A stretch of 64,000 bases of DNA. It comes from Oculina patagonica (taxonomy: Eukaryota). The DNA is taken from NCBI RefSeq assembly GCF_052425735.1, contig NC_135758.1, positions 47,988,001 through 48,052,000 on the forward strand, read 5' to 3'. Position numbers and translations under genes: made by a program. This document shows positions 49,163 to 61,433 of this stretch, piece by piece (the first letter of the stretch is position 1; every line of letters begins with the position of its first letter). A model generated the notes under the pieces. That model was not told the DNA's origin and made no database searches. It was given only the letters and a program-made list of their open reading frames with translations.

Positions 49163-50002
49163 TTACATTATACAACAGATTTTTCTCTTAATTTCCTTCT
49201 TTATGTCACTCTTGTAAAAAGCGTAAGCTACAGGATTAATGGCGGAGTTTAAAACTAAAAGAGGTATTTTATATTCCTCGTCATTACATGGTTCGTGGTC
49301 AATGAAAACTAATACAAAACTACAACGAATATAAAATCCGTAACACAGTAGAAACAAGGCGATGACAACGGCCATGAGTTTGACAGCGGATTTCTCCTGA
49401 GGTTTGAACAAAACGCGATGGTTGAAACGTAACTGTTTTGCTGTGATGCGGGCAGCACGATCGTGCTTACAAACAACATGTAACATGGATGCAAAGAAGA
49501 ATATCAAAATTAAACATGGTAGGAACTCTAAAAATATGACATTTATCCAAAAATTAATGTTAAAGAGAAGGGATTCTTTAAAAATAAACCGATTTAGTGC
49601 GAAAACCATTCTTAAGAGAATTTGGATTCCCCAAGATAAGGAAACCATTTGAATAACACGGCGGCGCTTCATAAAAGTCAAGTATTTTAAAGGCTTGACA
49701 ACAGCAATGTACCGATCCAGTACTAAACTGCACAAGTTCGTCACGGACGCGTACCCGAACAGCCACCTTACAGTAGATATCCAGTAAGATTGTGGGTTGC
49801 AGCCAGTTGCCATCTCACAGAAGAACATTGGTGGAACAACGCTCATCCCAACACAGAAATCCGCCACTGCGAGTGAAAGAACAAAGGCGTTGGTTCTGGT
49901 GCGAAGCTGTCGTTTGCTGCAAACAAGGAAGATAATGAATCCATTTCCAGTTATCGTCAGGATGGAAAGAGACCAGCCAATAATCCAAAACCAGGTTTTC
50001 AT
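49163..50002 (-). CDS. Single-exon rhodopsin-like (class A) GPCR, copy A, 279 aa
   Basis: Seven hydrophobic segments; GN (TM1), SLAVAD (TM2), DRY (TM3), NSAINPVAY (TM7). Confidence 0.9.
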   Translation of the reverse strand: MKTWFWIIGWSLSILTITGNGFIIFLVCSKRQLRTRTNAFVLSLAVADFCVGMSVVPPMFFCEMATGCNPQSYWISTVRWLFGYASVTNLCSLVLDRYIAVVKPLKYLTFMKRRRVIQMVSLSWGIQILLRMVFALNRFIFKESLLFNINFWINVIFLEFLPCLILIFFFASMLHVVCKHDRAARITAKQLRFNHRVLFKPQEKSAVKLMAVVIALFLLCYGFYIRCSFVLVFIDHEPCNDEEYKIPLLVLNSAINPVAYAFYKSDIKKEIKRKICCIM

Positions 50003-52841
50003 TTTCCAGAGGTGTTTTACTTGTTGATCATCAAAAACTTCTAAACACTGATGTGAAAATTACCATTTACGAAATATAATATATTTTAAAGACATCTGTT
50101 CATCGTAATTAATTAGTATTATTTAATAAGACAATTATAGCATAATAATTGTTGGATACCTTAATCATTGAGCATTCACATCGGTATAACTGACGTGTTT
50201 TCTTTAAATTTTTGATCGAAGCAGTTTAGATTAAAGCAAAAGAAAAATTTGCAATAATGTTTTAATGTGCAGTAGTCGACTAAAGTTAAACAGGAAAAGA
50301 AAGTTCGGCAGCTGAAAACATTTGTTTAAAGTTACTGAGCAAAATGTGCCGAGGAGTTACTACTCGAGAAAGTTCTTTAATGACAATTTGTCATTTTTTG
50401 TATGGTTTGTCCAGCTTCGTTTATAGTTAAAATTGAATATATAGCGAAAACGAGCGAGAAATAAGCTTTTTACGCAAATCAAACATTTCGGGTATTCAGG
50501 ACAAACAGGGTGAGAATATATGTTTGTTCGCTTGACTTGGAAACTTGAGACTTTTATCCTACTATCTTTCTGATAATTATGCAATATATATAATTCCTGT
50601 TCCTAACTGGAAAAGGAAAAAAATATCAACTTCATTAAGTTAATTGGCCAGTCCCTTTGTAATTCATTGTGAATTAGCACAAAGCGCATAACTAAGGTTT
50701 GACCCGGAGAGTGAAAGCAAGTTGTGCGTGATCCGTGAATTGGCCGGAATTGGTGGCGTTATTACGTTAAATCCTCCGAATAAACAAAGATCAGCCTGTT
50801 TGCTTTTCATCTTTAATGGCGCAAATTATCTACATTTTTGTCATTTAACCGTCAACGTTAACGAATAAAAATATGTATTCCTCCAAGAAATAACGGTTTG
50901 GTTATTTTCCTCTTACATTCACGTGGATGAGTAAGTAACTCAACGGTAACTGAACTTCAGTCTTATTTTTATTATTTATTTTAATTAATAAAAGTCAAAC
51001 CCAAACAAATTGGTGTGAAGGCCTCTTGCTAAAGCAAAAGTCTACAGAAATCTAATTATAAAGCTTTAGAACATTCGTGTTATCAGACTAAAACGATAGC
51101 TACTTGACGCAGCCTTTAAAAGCCAGTGCAATTATCATAAAAGATAACAAACAAAGCGTTTAATCGCGTTTCCTCTAGCTGAAATTAGTTATACGTACAT
51201 GTTCCTGATATTAAGCTTCATTTGCGCAGAAAACACCTGTTATTTTTATTATCTGACTGTGTATGAAGACTTCACGAAGCAATTATTCGTATTAAAAATT
51301 TCTCTTGACGTATTAAAATAAGACAATTATAGCACATGGATTAAAACCTGAATCACTAAGAGACTGTCTCTCTAACACGGCCGGATCGATTCCGGATTGA
51401 AAAATAAAATCGCCTGATTTTTTATGTGGTGAAAGGCCTTTATGCTAAAGCAATAAAACAACAATTATTTTGTTTCTTGTTTTTAAACTTTTTTCGTTAG
51501 TGCTAAAAATTATTTTGACCGACTGGTCGCGCGCGCCCGCCCGAAATCCGACATGATTGTTTACCTTTTTTAAGCAATCGATGCAAAGCAAGGACAGCGT
51601 TCACTGCCATAATTTTAACATAGCAACAAAGAACTAGGTCTATTTTATGGCCTTTAGGAGTTTTAAGCAATCTGAAGTTAATCTATTGGTATTCTATAAT
51701 GCCATCCACCCCTGCGTTAAGGGGTTCGGGGGACAACCCGAAAATTGGTCATTTTGTGGACCTCTTTTCTCAGCTGGCAGATGGGATCAAAAGATGGCAG
51801 TAACGTAATTGTAAAGTCTTAACATTCGCCTACAAGAATATATAAACGAATGTTGTCTATAACACCTTTTCTGTATACGCTGAAAGAATTTTTTTTTTTT
51901 TTAATTTTGAGAAATTACCAAAAATAACACCAAATCGCTAATTGTTTAAAGCCTAAAAACACCTTAGAGGTCTTAGACCAAATACCTGTCTTACATCAAG
52001 AAAACTAAAGGAAAGTAAACTGGAAGAATACGGAATATAAATACAATACCAGCGACAATGGAAATCCACATTCATTTTACAAAAACAACCTTTATTATGC
52101 ACATGTTAAGCGAGTTAAATTCAGGCTAGTTAACGTATGTACGACAGTAGCACAACGGTAAAATTCTCGGTCTCATTGTTATGATTTATTTAAATTTTTA
52201 ACGCACGTCAAACCCAAACAAATTGGCGTGGATGTGGCTGGTGCATTATTTTCAGAGTCCAAAGCTTTTTAACAAACATTATGTGTTATAAGCCCAGAAC
52301 GACAGCCACTTGATATAGCATTTGATTGACATTTTCATGCATTTGTGTCGATTTTCCGATCTCTTTGACCAATCAAAGTAGCATTTAGCCACGTGCACCT
52401 TGTATGGAGTTGTTTTGCAAAAGCAACTTCTTCTTCAATATCTTCTACAGTGAATTGCTGGCAGCATGAGTAAGCTATTCAGGAAAAAATATTAGTTAAC
52501 TGCAGAATCATAAAGAGTCAGTATAATGATCATAAAAAATAACAGGCAAGGCATTTTATCATCTATTGACTAGCTGAAACAAGATTCGTTCAACAAAGCA
52601 ACTAACTCAAGCACCATCAATATTTTACAACACGCATTTATTTTCCCTTTTCATTAAGACAGAAAACATTATACAAATCCTTGTCATGGCGGCTTAAAGT
52701 CTCATTTCAGCCGTTCCTTTCTAAGTTAATTTTAAAGACAAACTTAAAGACGAATTACGCATAATTCTCTAAAATCTTGTAAAATCGCTGTTTACAAGTA
52801 TCAGTTCTAACGAACTAGAAAATACTCTTTTTTTACGAAGT

Positions 52842-54188
52842 CTAGCTTTGTAGAGTAAAACAGTTGTCTAAAACAGGATGAACTTTGTTTCGCTGTTTTA
52901 CGTCGACACAACAAATACATCTGTTAATTTCCTTTTTTATGTCCCTCTTGTAAAAAGCGTAAGCTACAGGATTAATGGCGGAGTTTAAAACTAGAAGAGG
53001 TATTTTATATTGCTCGTCATTACATGGTTTGCGATCGTTGAAAAAGTATACAAAAGTGCAGCGAATATAAAATCCATAACATAACAGAAACAAGCCGATA
53101 ACAATTCCCATTATTTTGATCGCGGAGTTCTCTTGAGGTTTAAACAAAACGCGATGGTTGAAACGTAACTGTTGTGCTGTGATGCGGGCAGCACGGCCGT
53201 GCTTATAAACAACGTGTAACATGGATGCAAAGAAGAATATTAAAATTAAACATGGTAGAAACTCGAAAACTGTCAAAGACATCCAAGAGAGAAGCTTAAG
53301 GTCATTGCCCTGAAATAGAACTGAACACAATTTTTTAACCAAACTCCGCCTACTGGTTTATTACTTTAAGGGAACTTAAATTTTGAAATAAAAAAGGGGG
53401 GTCACCAGATTCGTTTAGGAGCAGGAAGACCTTGTATATTCCATATAATTCCTTTAAAATTCCTCTGCGAGTACTAGCAAAGTAAACGTTTTTAGCGATA
53501 ATTTAATTTTCAAACACAAGAATTGATCTGTTTTCATTTTCCAGAAAGAATTTGATCGCTACACCCAAAATATGAGAAAAAATTAATAGGTCACCAGACT
53601 CGTTTACGAGAAAGCGACAATTTACTTCTCTCGCGGACTAAGCCACATAGAAAAAAGCCGCCATTTTGTTTATGTGCGCGCGCTCGCGCGCGCTTATTAC
53701 GCGTAAAATTCTGCGCAGTAAGGATGCGCAATGCAATACAGGGCAATGACCTTAAGAGATGTCTTAAAAATATACCAGGCAAGTGCAGAAACCATTCTTA
53801 AGAGAACTGGTATTCCCCAAGATAAGGAAACCATTTGAATAACACGGCGGCGCTTCATAAAAGTCAAGTATTTTAGAGGCTTGACAACAGCAATGTAGCG
53901 ATCCAGTACTAAACTGCACAAGTTCGTCACGGACGCGTACCCGAACAGTAACCTTACAGTAGTTATCCAGCTAGATTGTGGGTTGCAGCCAGTTGCTTTC
54001 TCACAGAAGAACATTGAAGGAACAACGCTCATCCCAACACAGAAATCCGCCACCGCGAGTGAAACGATAAACGCGTTGGTTTTGGTGCGAAGCTGTCGTT
54101 TGCTACAAACAAGGAAGATAATAAATCCATTTCCAGTTATGGTCAGGATGGAAAGAAACCAGCCAAGAATCCAAAACCAAGTTTCCAT
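52842..54188 (-). CDS. Class A GPCR copy B, interrupted by a 452-bp transposon; 296 aa if the insertion is removed or spliced, otherwise a pseudogene
   Basis: The 5' part 53756-54188 plus the 3' part 52842-53299 give 891 nt of open frame (...WYIFKTSLKLLSWM...), collinear with copy B' at 60540. Confidence 0.8.
53300..53751. mobile_element. Non-autonomous Kolobok-like DNA transposon inserted in the GPCR coding sequence
   Basis: TTAA|GGTCATTGCCCTG ... CAGGGCAATGACC|TTAA (13-bp TIR, TTAA TSD); absent from the paralog at ~61000. Confidence 0.9.
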
Positions 54189-55392
54189 TTTCCGGCAAGA
54201 AGGTGTTTTACTTGCTTATCACCGAGAAATTTCAAAACACTGATATGAAAATTATCATTTACGAATATATTTAAAAGACATCTGTCATCTTAATTAATTG
54301 GTATTAAAGGTTGCTCTCTTGACGATGTAAAATAAGACAATTATAGCGCATGGTTAAAAACTTGAAACATTAAGTCTTCTCACGGTATTGGTAACATCAA
54401 ATATGCCTTTGCTTTTTGACCGAAATAGCTCTTTGAGCAAACCCGTAAATCGTTGCAATTAGATGATATAAATTTGCAGTAAATAGCAGTTTAGGCTTTA
54501 AATCAGTCGAATTTTTAGCAAGCCAATATCATAATGCACAGCCTGTCTGTGACTGCTTATGAATAATGATTTGTTAAAAGAAGAAGGAAAGAAAAAATAT
54601 CTTCAGTATGGGTTTGCAGTCACGGACAGAAGGTATTCAGTGGAGTTTTCTCTAGTTTGATACATGCAGATTATTCTCTTTCCAAGAACCATCAAGAGTG
54701 GGGAATTTGATGCCCCGTGAAGCCATAACCACTGGGCCATTTGCCCGTGTAATGCGGAAATTGAACGGAATACTGTGTGTTCAAAAGAAAGTTAAATTTC
54801 CGGGGGGAAGGCTCTCTTATAATTAAATAATACTTTATTACATCAAAATTGGTGCTTCTATACACCAATGTAAGCAGCATTGCGTTTGGAGGCAGCACGT
54901 CCCTATAAAACTTTGAATTAATAAGCCAAAGCGACTGAGAAATACACACTTTTTAACAAAAAGTAGTATTATGGCTATTCAGGACAAACACTCATCATTT
55001 TGTTCGCTCGACTTCGAAACTTATAAAGGAATATGTAAGTGAACATGTTCGAGGTCTGTAGCGACCCTAAAGGGACTTTTTTTAAAAAAAATAATTATCA
55101 TGTATATTTATTTATGTGTTTTGGGACAAGAATTAATACAAGTTTCATTCAGTGGATTGGCTAGTGCAACGATCCGTTATTATTCATCGTGACAATTAAT
55201 ACAGAGCACCAAGCAAGACTTTATAGGTTTTCTCCCAGGATCCGAAAGGGTTTGCTTTCGTTATATGGGCTAAATCTTCCGGTCAAAATTTTGTTTTTCG
55301 CTCGCGCTCTCGACAAAAGAAAAGCAAAGTCGACCGCACGCACAAATATAAGAAGTCTGACGTCATATAACTAAAATAAGACTAACGAGAAC

Positions 55393-56112
55393 TTACTGTA
55401 GTAAGCGGCGTTGATGTGACACAGCCAATATGACATTGATTATATAATGACAATGAAAATGATAATGATAATGACAATAATCATTGCGGATATTTTTGTG
55501 TTCATTGCATGTTTTCACGTTTTGCCACGAGTATCTTATTTTTTTTTTTTCTGTAATGCGGGCAGCACGATCGTGCTTACAAACAACGTGTAACATGGAT
55601 GCAAAGAAGAATATCAAAATTAAACATGGCAGGAACTCTACAAATATGACATTTATCCAAAAAATAATGTTAAAGAGAAGGGATTCTTTAAAAATAAACC
55701 GATTTAGTGCAAAAACCGTTCTTAAGAGAATTTGGATTCCCCAAGATAAGGAAACCATTTGAATAACACGTCGACGCGTCGTAAAAGTCAAATATTTTAA
55801 AGGCTTGACAACAGCAATGTAGCGATCCAGTACTAAACAGCACAAGTTCGTCACTGATGCGTACCCGAACAGTAACCTTACAGATTGTATTTGGTGAGAC
55901 TGTGGGTTGCAGCCAGTTGCCATCTCACAAAAGGCCATTGAAGGGACAACGCTCATCCCGACACAGAAATCCGCCACTGCGAGTGAAACGATAAATGCGT
56001 TGGTTTTGGTGCGAAGCTGGCGTTCGCTGCAAACAAGGAAGATAATAAACCCATTTCCAGTTATGGTCAGGATGGAAAGAGACCAGCCAAGAATCCAAAA
56101 CCAGGTTTCCAT
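55393..56112 (-). pseudogene. GPCR copy A', truncated after TM5/ICL3 at a duplication junction; the ORF continues into non-homologous sequence
   Basis: Near-identical to copy A up to DRAARIT (~55551); the rest (EKKKIRYSW...) is read from DNA homologous to non-coding 62110-62310. Confidence 0.85.
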
Positions 56113-56528
56113 TTTCCAGAGGTGTTTTACTTGTTGATCTTCAAAAACTTCTAAACACTGATGTGAAAATTACCACTTGCGAAATATAACATATTTTAAA
56201 CACATCTGTTCATCGTAATTAATTCGTATTAAAATAAGACAGTTATAGCACAATGTTGGAAACCTGAATCATAAAGTATTCACATCGGTGTAACTGATAA
56301 GTTTTCTTTGATTTTTTGATCGAAGCAGTTTAGATTGAAGCAAAATAAAAATTTGCACTACATTTTTAATGTGCAGTAGTCGACGAAAGTTTAACAGGAA
56401 AAGAAAGTTCCACAGCTGAAAACAGTTGTTTGAAGTTGGAGTGAAATGCCCCGAGGAGTTGCTTCTCTGGAAAGTTCTTTAATGACAATATGTCATTTTT
56501 TGTATGGTTTGTCAAGCTTCTTTTATAA

Positions 56529-56676
56529 GGGGGCAGTAGAATGATATCGTTATATCGAGGAATCGTTATATCGGGGTTCCGTCCCATACATTTTACTTTT
56601 GCCGGGACACAACATATTCATCGTTATATCGGGAATATCGTTATATCGAAGATCGTAATATCGGGGTTCCACTGTA
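56529..56676. mobile_element. Partial Tc1/mariner-pogo MITE with ATCGTTATATCG repeats, absent from the paralogous spacer
   Basis: Ends GGGGTTCCACTG|TA; five ATCGT(T/A)ATATCG motifs; the spacer at ~50420 lacks it. Confidence 0.65.
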
Positions 56677-56810
56677 TATAGCGACGACTGAGAAATACGC
56701 TTTTTACGCAAAATCAAACGTTTCGGGTATTCAGGACAAACACGGCGAGAATACATGTTTGTTCGCTTGACTTGGAAACTTGAGACTTTTATCCTACTTT
56801 CTTTCTGATA

Positions 56811-57320
56811 TGAAATAAATATATGAAATTTATATATTTGTACTGCGGATATACATTTTAAGCAAATGAAAGATCATCTCAGTGATGTACTCAACTAAAG
56901 CAGTTGAGAAAAGCAAGCCTGAAAAAAAATTCAGGCTTTTCCCGTTCAAGCCTGAATTTGGAATTATTTTTACATTTTTACGGGTTTAAAAGCACATTTT
57001 TATTGATTTTAAGTACTTTGCAGTAGTTTTGGATGGTTTTCTGGCATTTTGGAAAAAAATTGAAATCCAAGATCGCGGATCAAAGAGGGCGGCTGTTTTG
57101 ACATCATGATGTAATTGTCACGTGATGTGACGTCACCATCCCACGTGACGTATACCAAAAGAAAGATGTTCGGACATACAATATATCCTATAAGTTTCAT
57201 TGTGATTGCTTAAATATTCTGGAAGTTACATAGGGGGGGGGGGGGGCTTCCGAAGCCGCCTCCCCCCCCCCTCCCCGGTCAGAGAAGGTCCAAAAAAGCC
57301 CGGTCTGAATAGGGTTAAAA
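56811..57320. mobile_element. Composite insertion of repeat fragments (one end CCGGTCTGAATAGGG|TTAA), absent from the paralogous spacer
   Basis: Flanked by duplicated TCTTTCTGATA; the empty site at ~50565-50580 reads TCTTTCTGATAATTATGC once. Confidence 0.6.
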
Positions 57321-58399
57321 TATCTTTCTGATAATTATGCAATATATATAATTCCTGTTCCTAACTGAAAAAGGAAAAAATAAGAATTTCATTTAGTTGG
57401 TTGGACAGTCCCTTTATAATTCATTGTCAATTAGCACAAACCGTATAACTAAATTTGACCCAGAGAGTGAAAGCGGTTGTGCGTGATCCGTGAATTAGCC
57501 GAAATTGGTCGCGTTATTACGTTAAATCCTCCGAATAAACAAAGATCGGCTTTTCGTCTTTAATGGCGTAAATTATCTGTATTTTTTATAATTAAACCGT
57601 CATTGTTCCTCTTCTGTTTATTGTTACCTTTTCGGTTCTTTTCTACCTTAGCAAACCATTATTTTGAGGTTTCAATCGATTTCAGAGCAATTTTAATACG
57701 GTTCCCTCTACGAACAATGAAGCTTAAAGGCTATAATAAAAGTGTTTATATATATTGTTGATTTTCACATAAGGAATAAAACGATAACGAATAAAAATAT
57801 GTATTCTCCCAAGAAATAACAGTGTGGTTATTCCTCTAGAACGGTAGTCACTTGACGCAGCTTTAAAAAGCCAGTATAATAATCATATAAGATAACAAAC
57901 AAAGCGTTTAATCGCCCAGTCTGGCTGAAATTAGTTATACGTACATGTTCCTGATATTAAGCTTCATTTGCGCAAAAAACACCTGTTATTTTTTATTTTT
58001 TGGCTGCGCATGAAGACTCCAAGAAGACTCTCTTGACGTATTAAAATAAAAACAATTATAGCACATGGTTTAAAACCTGAATCAGTAAGAGGCTGTCTCT
58101 CTAATAACGGCCCGATCGGGTTCTGGATAAAAAAATAAAATCGCCTGATTTTTGTGTGGTGAAAGAAAGGCCTTTTTGCCAAAGGAATAAAACCACAATT
58201 ACCTGCTCTGCTAAGCCTGCTCTAGTAAGCCTGCTCCCTGCTCTAGTAAGCTCGATTTTGATATTACTCGTTATTACTCGCACATGTGCTGATACAAACG
58301 GCCATAACTTTTGAAATACTGAAAACGTACATGGGATTTTGTATATTTTAGCCAATAAAGGACTTTACTTTTTGGCTGTGTAGAGTAGAGTTATCAGCT

Positions 58400-59285
58400 A
58401 GGTCCCGAAATTGAAACATCGCTTTAGGGATCATGTCAGCGACATATGCAAGAAAGCCAGCCAAAAAGTGGGTGTGTTAGCAAGACTTCGCCATCTTATT
58501 TCATGTGAGACTAAGCTCCACTTATTCATAACTGCAATACCCCCTAATTTAACATACTGACACACAATTTGGCACTTCTTCAAAGCTTCTGACAGGCGCA
58601 AGCTTGAAAGAGTACAAGAATGCGTGCTAAGACAGACACCTATGATGCTCTTCTAAGCCGTGCAAAGCTACCCTCCCTTCATAACAGACGTATTCAGGAT
58701 ATCGCGATCCTTATGTTCAAAGTTAAAAACGGCCTTGCACCTGACTACATAATGGAACTTTTCAGAAATTCTAACAAGGGCTATTCTCGTAGAAACGCAA
58801 ACTTCGATCTGCCTCGGTTCTCTTCAGTTCGTTATGGAAACCACTCCATTAGATATCTTGGTCCTTATCTTTGGTCCTGACTGAGCGAAATTGACAAAAA
58901 TAGACTGACGATCGGTGACTTTAGAAAGAATATAAGAGATAAAGACCTCACTGCTCTCATCTAGGACGCGTGTTCCAATTGTCTTATATGCACTATCTGA
59001 TACATGACACCTTATCTTTTTTTAATCAATCTTGTATTATATTATATTTGTTCTTATCTATTCTTCCTAATTTTTTTTATAGTAAACTATTGCATTTTAA
59101 ATTGTACATTGTAAATTTTAACATATTGTAAAGTAGTAGAGTGTCCAAAATTAATTTTTAATATCGCATTTTTAATTGTACATTGTAAATTTTAATGTAT
59201 TCTTAAGTAGTAGAGTGTCCCCAATAAGCTTCTGTTAGCTAAATACTTACCCTGACATTTCAATTAAGTTCTCATTATTATTCTA
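58400..59285 (+). mobile_element. 5'-truncated, degenerate L2/CR1-group LINE (ORF2 C-terminus plus 3' UTR)
   Basis: FRDHVSDICKKASQKVGVLARLR..., LPSLHNRRIQDIAILMFKVKNGLAP, RYGNHSIRYLGPYLWS with stops and a frameshift, ending C-x2-C-x2-C. The 3' UTR has a ~55-bp duplication (~59091 and ~59166). Confidence 0.85.
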
Positions 59286-60539
59286 AATCAAAGTCATTTT
59301 TCAGCCTTCGTTCCATGCCGATCAGTAGTGGTTGATTTCGCATTTCCAGGTAAAACTAGGGAAAACTTGCTCCTTTCTTAGAAAACTAGAAATGTTTATG
59401 AACAAATTGATATAATTGTCGGTGTTCGATGCGAATGAAATATTTACAGCGGCTCGAAAAATGCCTATTTTTCTAATTTTCCAGACGTTGCGGCGGGACC
59501 GAACGGGCAAAATATTTCAGTTAATGGATTCTAACGCGGCCAGAAAATTATTTTGAATTAAACTATATCTGTTTAAGGTCTAGCCTCGGTTAAGTCTTTC
59601 AGTTGCCAGAGTTTCAAGCAAAATTATTTTTTACGAGAAATTTGAGAGGGCGGATTTAAAAAAAATTGCCTCTTAAAGCCTCCAAATATCTTAGACGTCT
59701 TAGAACAATATGGAATATAAATACAATACCAGCGACAGTGGAAATCCACCTTTATTTTACAAAAAACCCCTTTATTTTACACCTGTTAAGCCAGTTAAAT
59801 TCAGGCTAGTTAACGTACGTACGACAGTAGCACAACGGTAAAATTCTCAATCTCATTGTTTTGATATATTTTAATTTTTAACCAAAGTCAAACCCAAACA
59901 AATTGGCGTGGATGCGGCTGGTGCATAATTTTCGGAGTCCAAAGCTTTTTAACAAACATTATGTGTTATTAGCCCAGAACGACAGCCACTTGATGTAGCA
60001 TTTGATTACCATTTTCATTCATTTGTGCCGATTTTCCGATCTCTTTGACCAATCAAATAACTTTTAGCCACCTTGGATGGAGTTGTTTTGCAAAAGCAGC
60101 TTCTTTTTCAATATCTTCTATAGTTAATTGCTAGCAGCATGACCAAGCTATTCAGAAAACTAATATCAGTTAACAAGTGCGGTACTGCGGAATCATAAAA
60201 AGTCAGTACAATGATCATAAATATACTAGGCAAATAATTTTATAATCTTGTGGCTAGCTGAAACAAGTTTCGTTCAACAAAGCAACTAACTCAAGCACCA
60301 TCAATATTTTATAACACGCATTTATTTTCCTTTTATATTAAGACAGAATACATTATACAAATCCTTGTCATGGTGGCTTTTTTCAATCAACATTAAGACT
60401 CATTTCAACCGTTTCTTTCTAAGTTAATTTCAAAGACATCCTTTAAGACGAAGAACGCATAATTTTCTAAATTGTTGTAAAATTTCTGTTTACAAGTAAA
60501 AGTTCTAACGAACTAGAAAAATTCTCTTTTATACGAAGT

Positions 60540-61433
60540 CTAGCTTTGTAGAGTAAAACAGTTGTCTTCATTAACAGGATGAACTTTGTTTCGCTGTTTT
60601 ACGAAGACACAACAAATACGTCTTTTCATCTCCTTCTTTATGTCCCTCTTGTAAAAAGCGTAAGCTACAGGATTAATGGCGGAGTTTAAAACTAGAAGAG
60701 GTATTTTATATTGCTCGTCATTACATGGTTTGCGGCCATTAAAAAAGTATACAAAAGTACAGCGAATATAAAATCCGTAACACAACAGAAACAAGCCGAT
60801 AACAATTGCCATTATTTTGATCGCGGATTTCTCTTGAGGTTTGAACAAAACGCGATGGTTGAAACGTAATTGTTTTGCTGTGATGCGGGCAGCACGGCCG
60901 TGCTTATAAACAACATGTAACATGGATGCAAAGAAGAATATCACAATTAAACATGGTACAAACTCGAAAACTGTCAAAGACATCCAAGACAAAAGAGATG
61001 CCTTAAAAATATACCAGGCAAGTATAGAAGTGATTCTTAAGAGAACTGGTATTCCCCATGATAAGGAAACCATTTGAATAACACGGCAGTGCGTCATAAA
61101 AGTCACGTATTTCAGAGGCTTGACAACAGCAATGTAGCGATCTAGTACTAAACTGCACAAGTTCGTCACTGACGCGTACCCGAACAGTAACCTTACAGAA
61201 ATTACCAAGTACCAGTAAGATTGTGGGTTGCAGCCAGTTGCCATCTCGCAGAAGAACATTGAAGGAACAACGCTCATCCCGACACAGAAATCCGCCACCG
61301 CGAGTGAAACGATAAACGCGTTGGTTTTGGTGCGAAGCTGGCGTTTTCTGCAAACAAGGAAGATAATAAATCCATTTCCAGTTATGGTCAGGATGGAAAG
61401 AGACCAGCCAAGAATCCAAAACCAGGCTTCCAT
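60540..61433 (-). CDS. Single-exon class A GPCR copy B', intact, 297 aa from MEAWFW
   Basis: Open ORF with SLAVAD, DRY, NSAINPVAY. The ATG at 61433 is homologous to the starts of the other copies. Confidence 0.92.
   Translation of the reverse strand: MEAWFWILGWSLSILTITGNGFIIFLVCRKRQLRTKTNAFIVSLAVADFCVGMSVVPSMFFCEMATGCNPQSYWYLVISVRLLFGYASVTNLCSLVLDRYIAVVKPLKYVTFMTHCRVIQMVSLSWGIPVLLRITSILAWYIFKASLLSWMSLTVFEFVPCLIVIFFFASMLHVVYKHGRAARITAKQLRFNHRVLFKPQEKSAIKIMAIVIGLFLLCYGFYIRCTFVYFFNGRKPCNDEQYKIPLLVLNSAINPVAYAFYKRDIKKEMKRRICCVFVKQRNKVHPVNEDNCFTLQS

Noticed and set aside
56529-56676. Spaced ATCGTTATATCG repeats as a CRISPR-like array
   Set aside because: Eukaryotic context, irregular short spacing, and a TA-flanked TIR end typical of a MITE.
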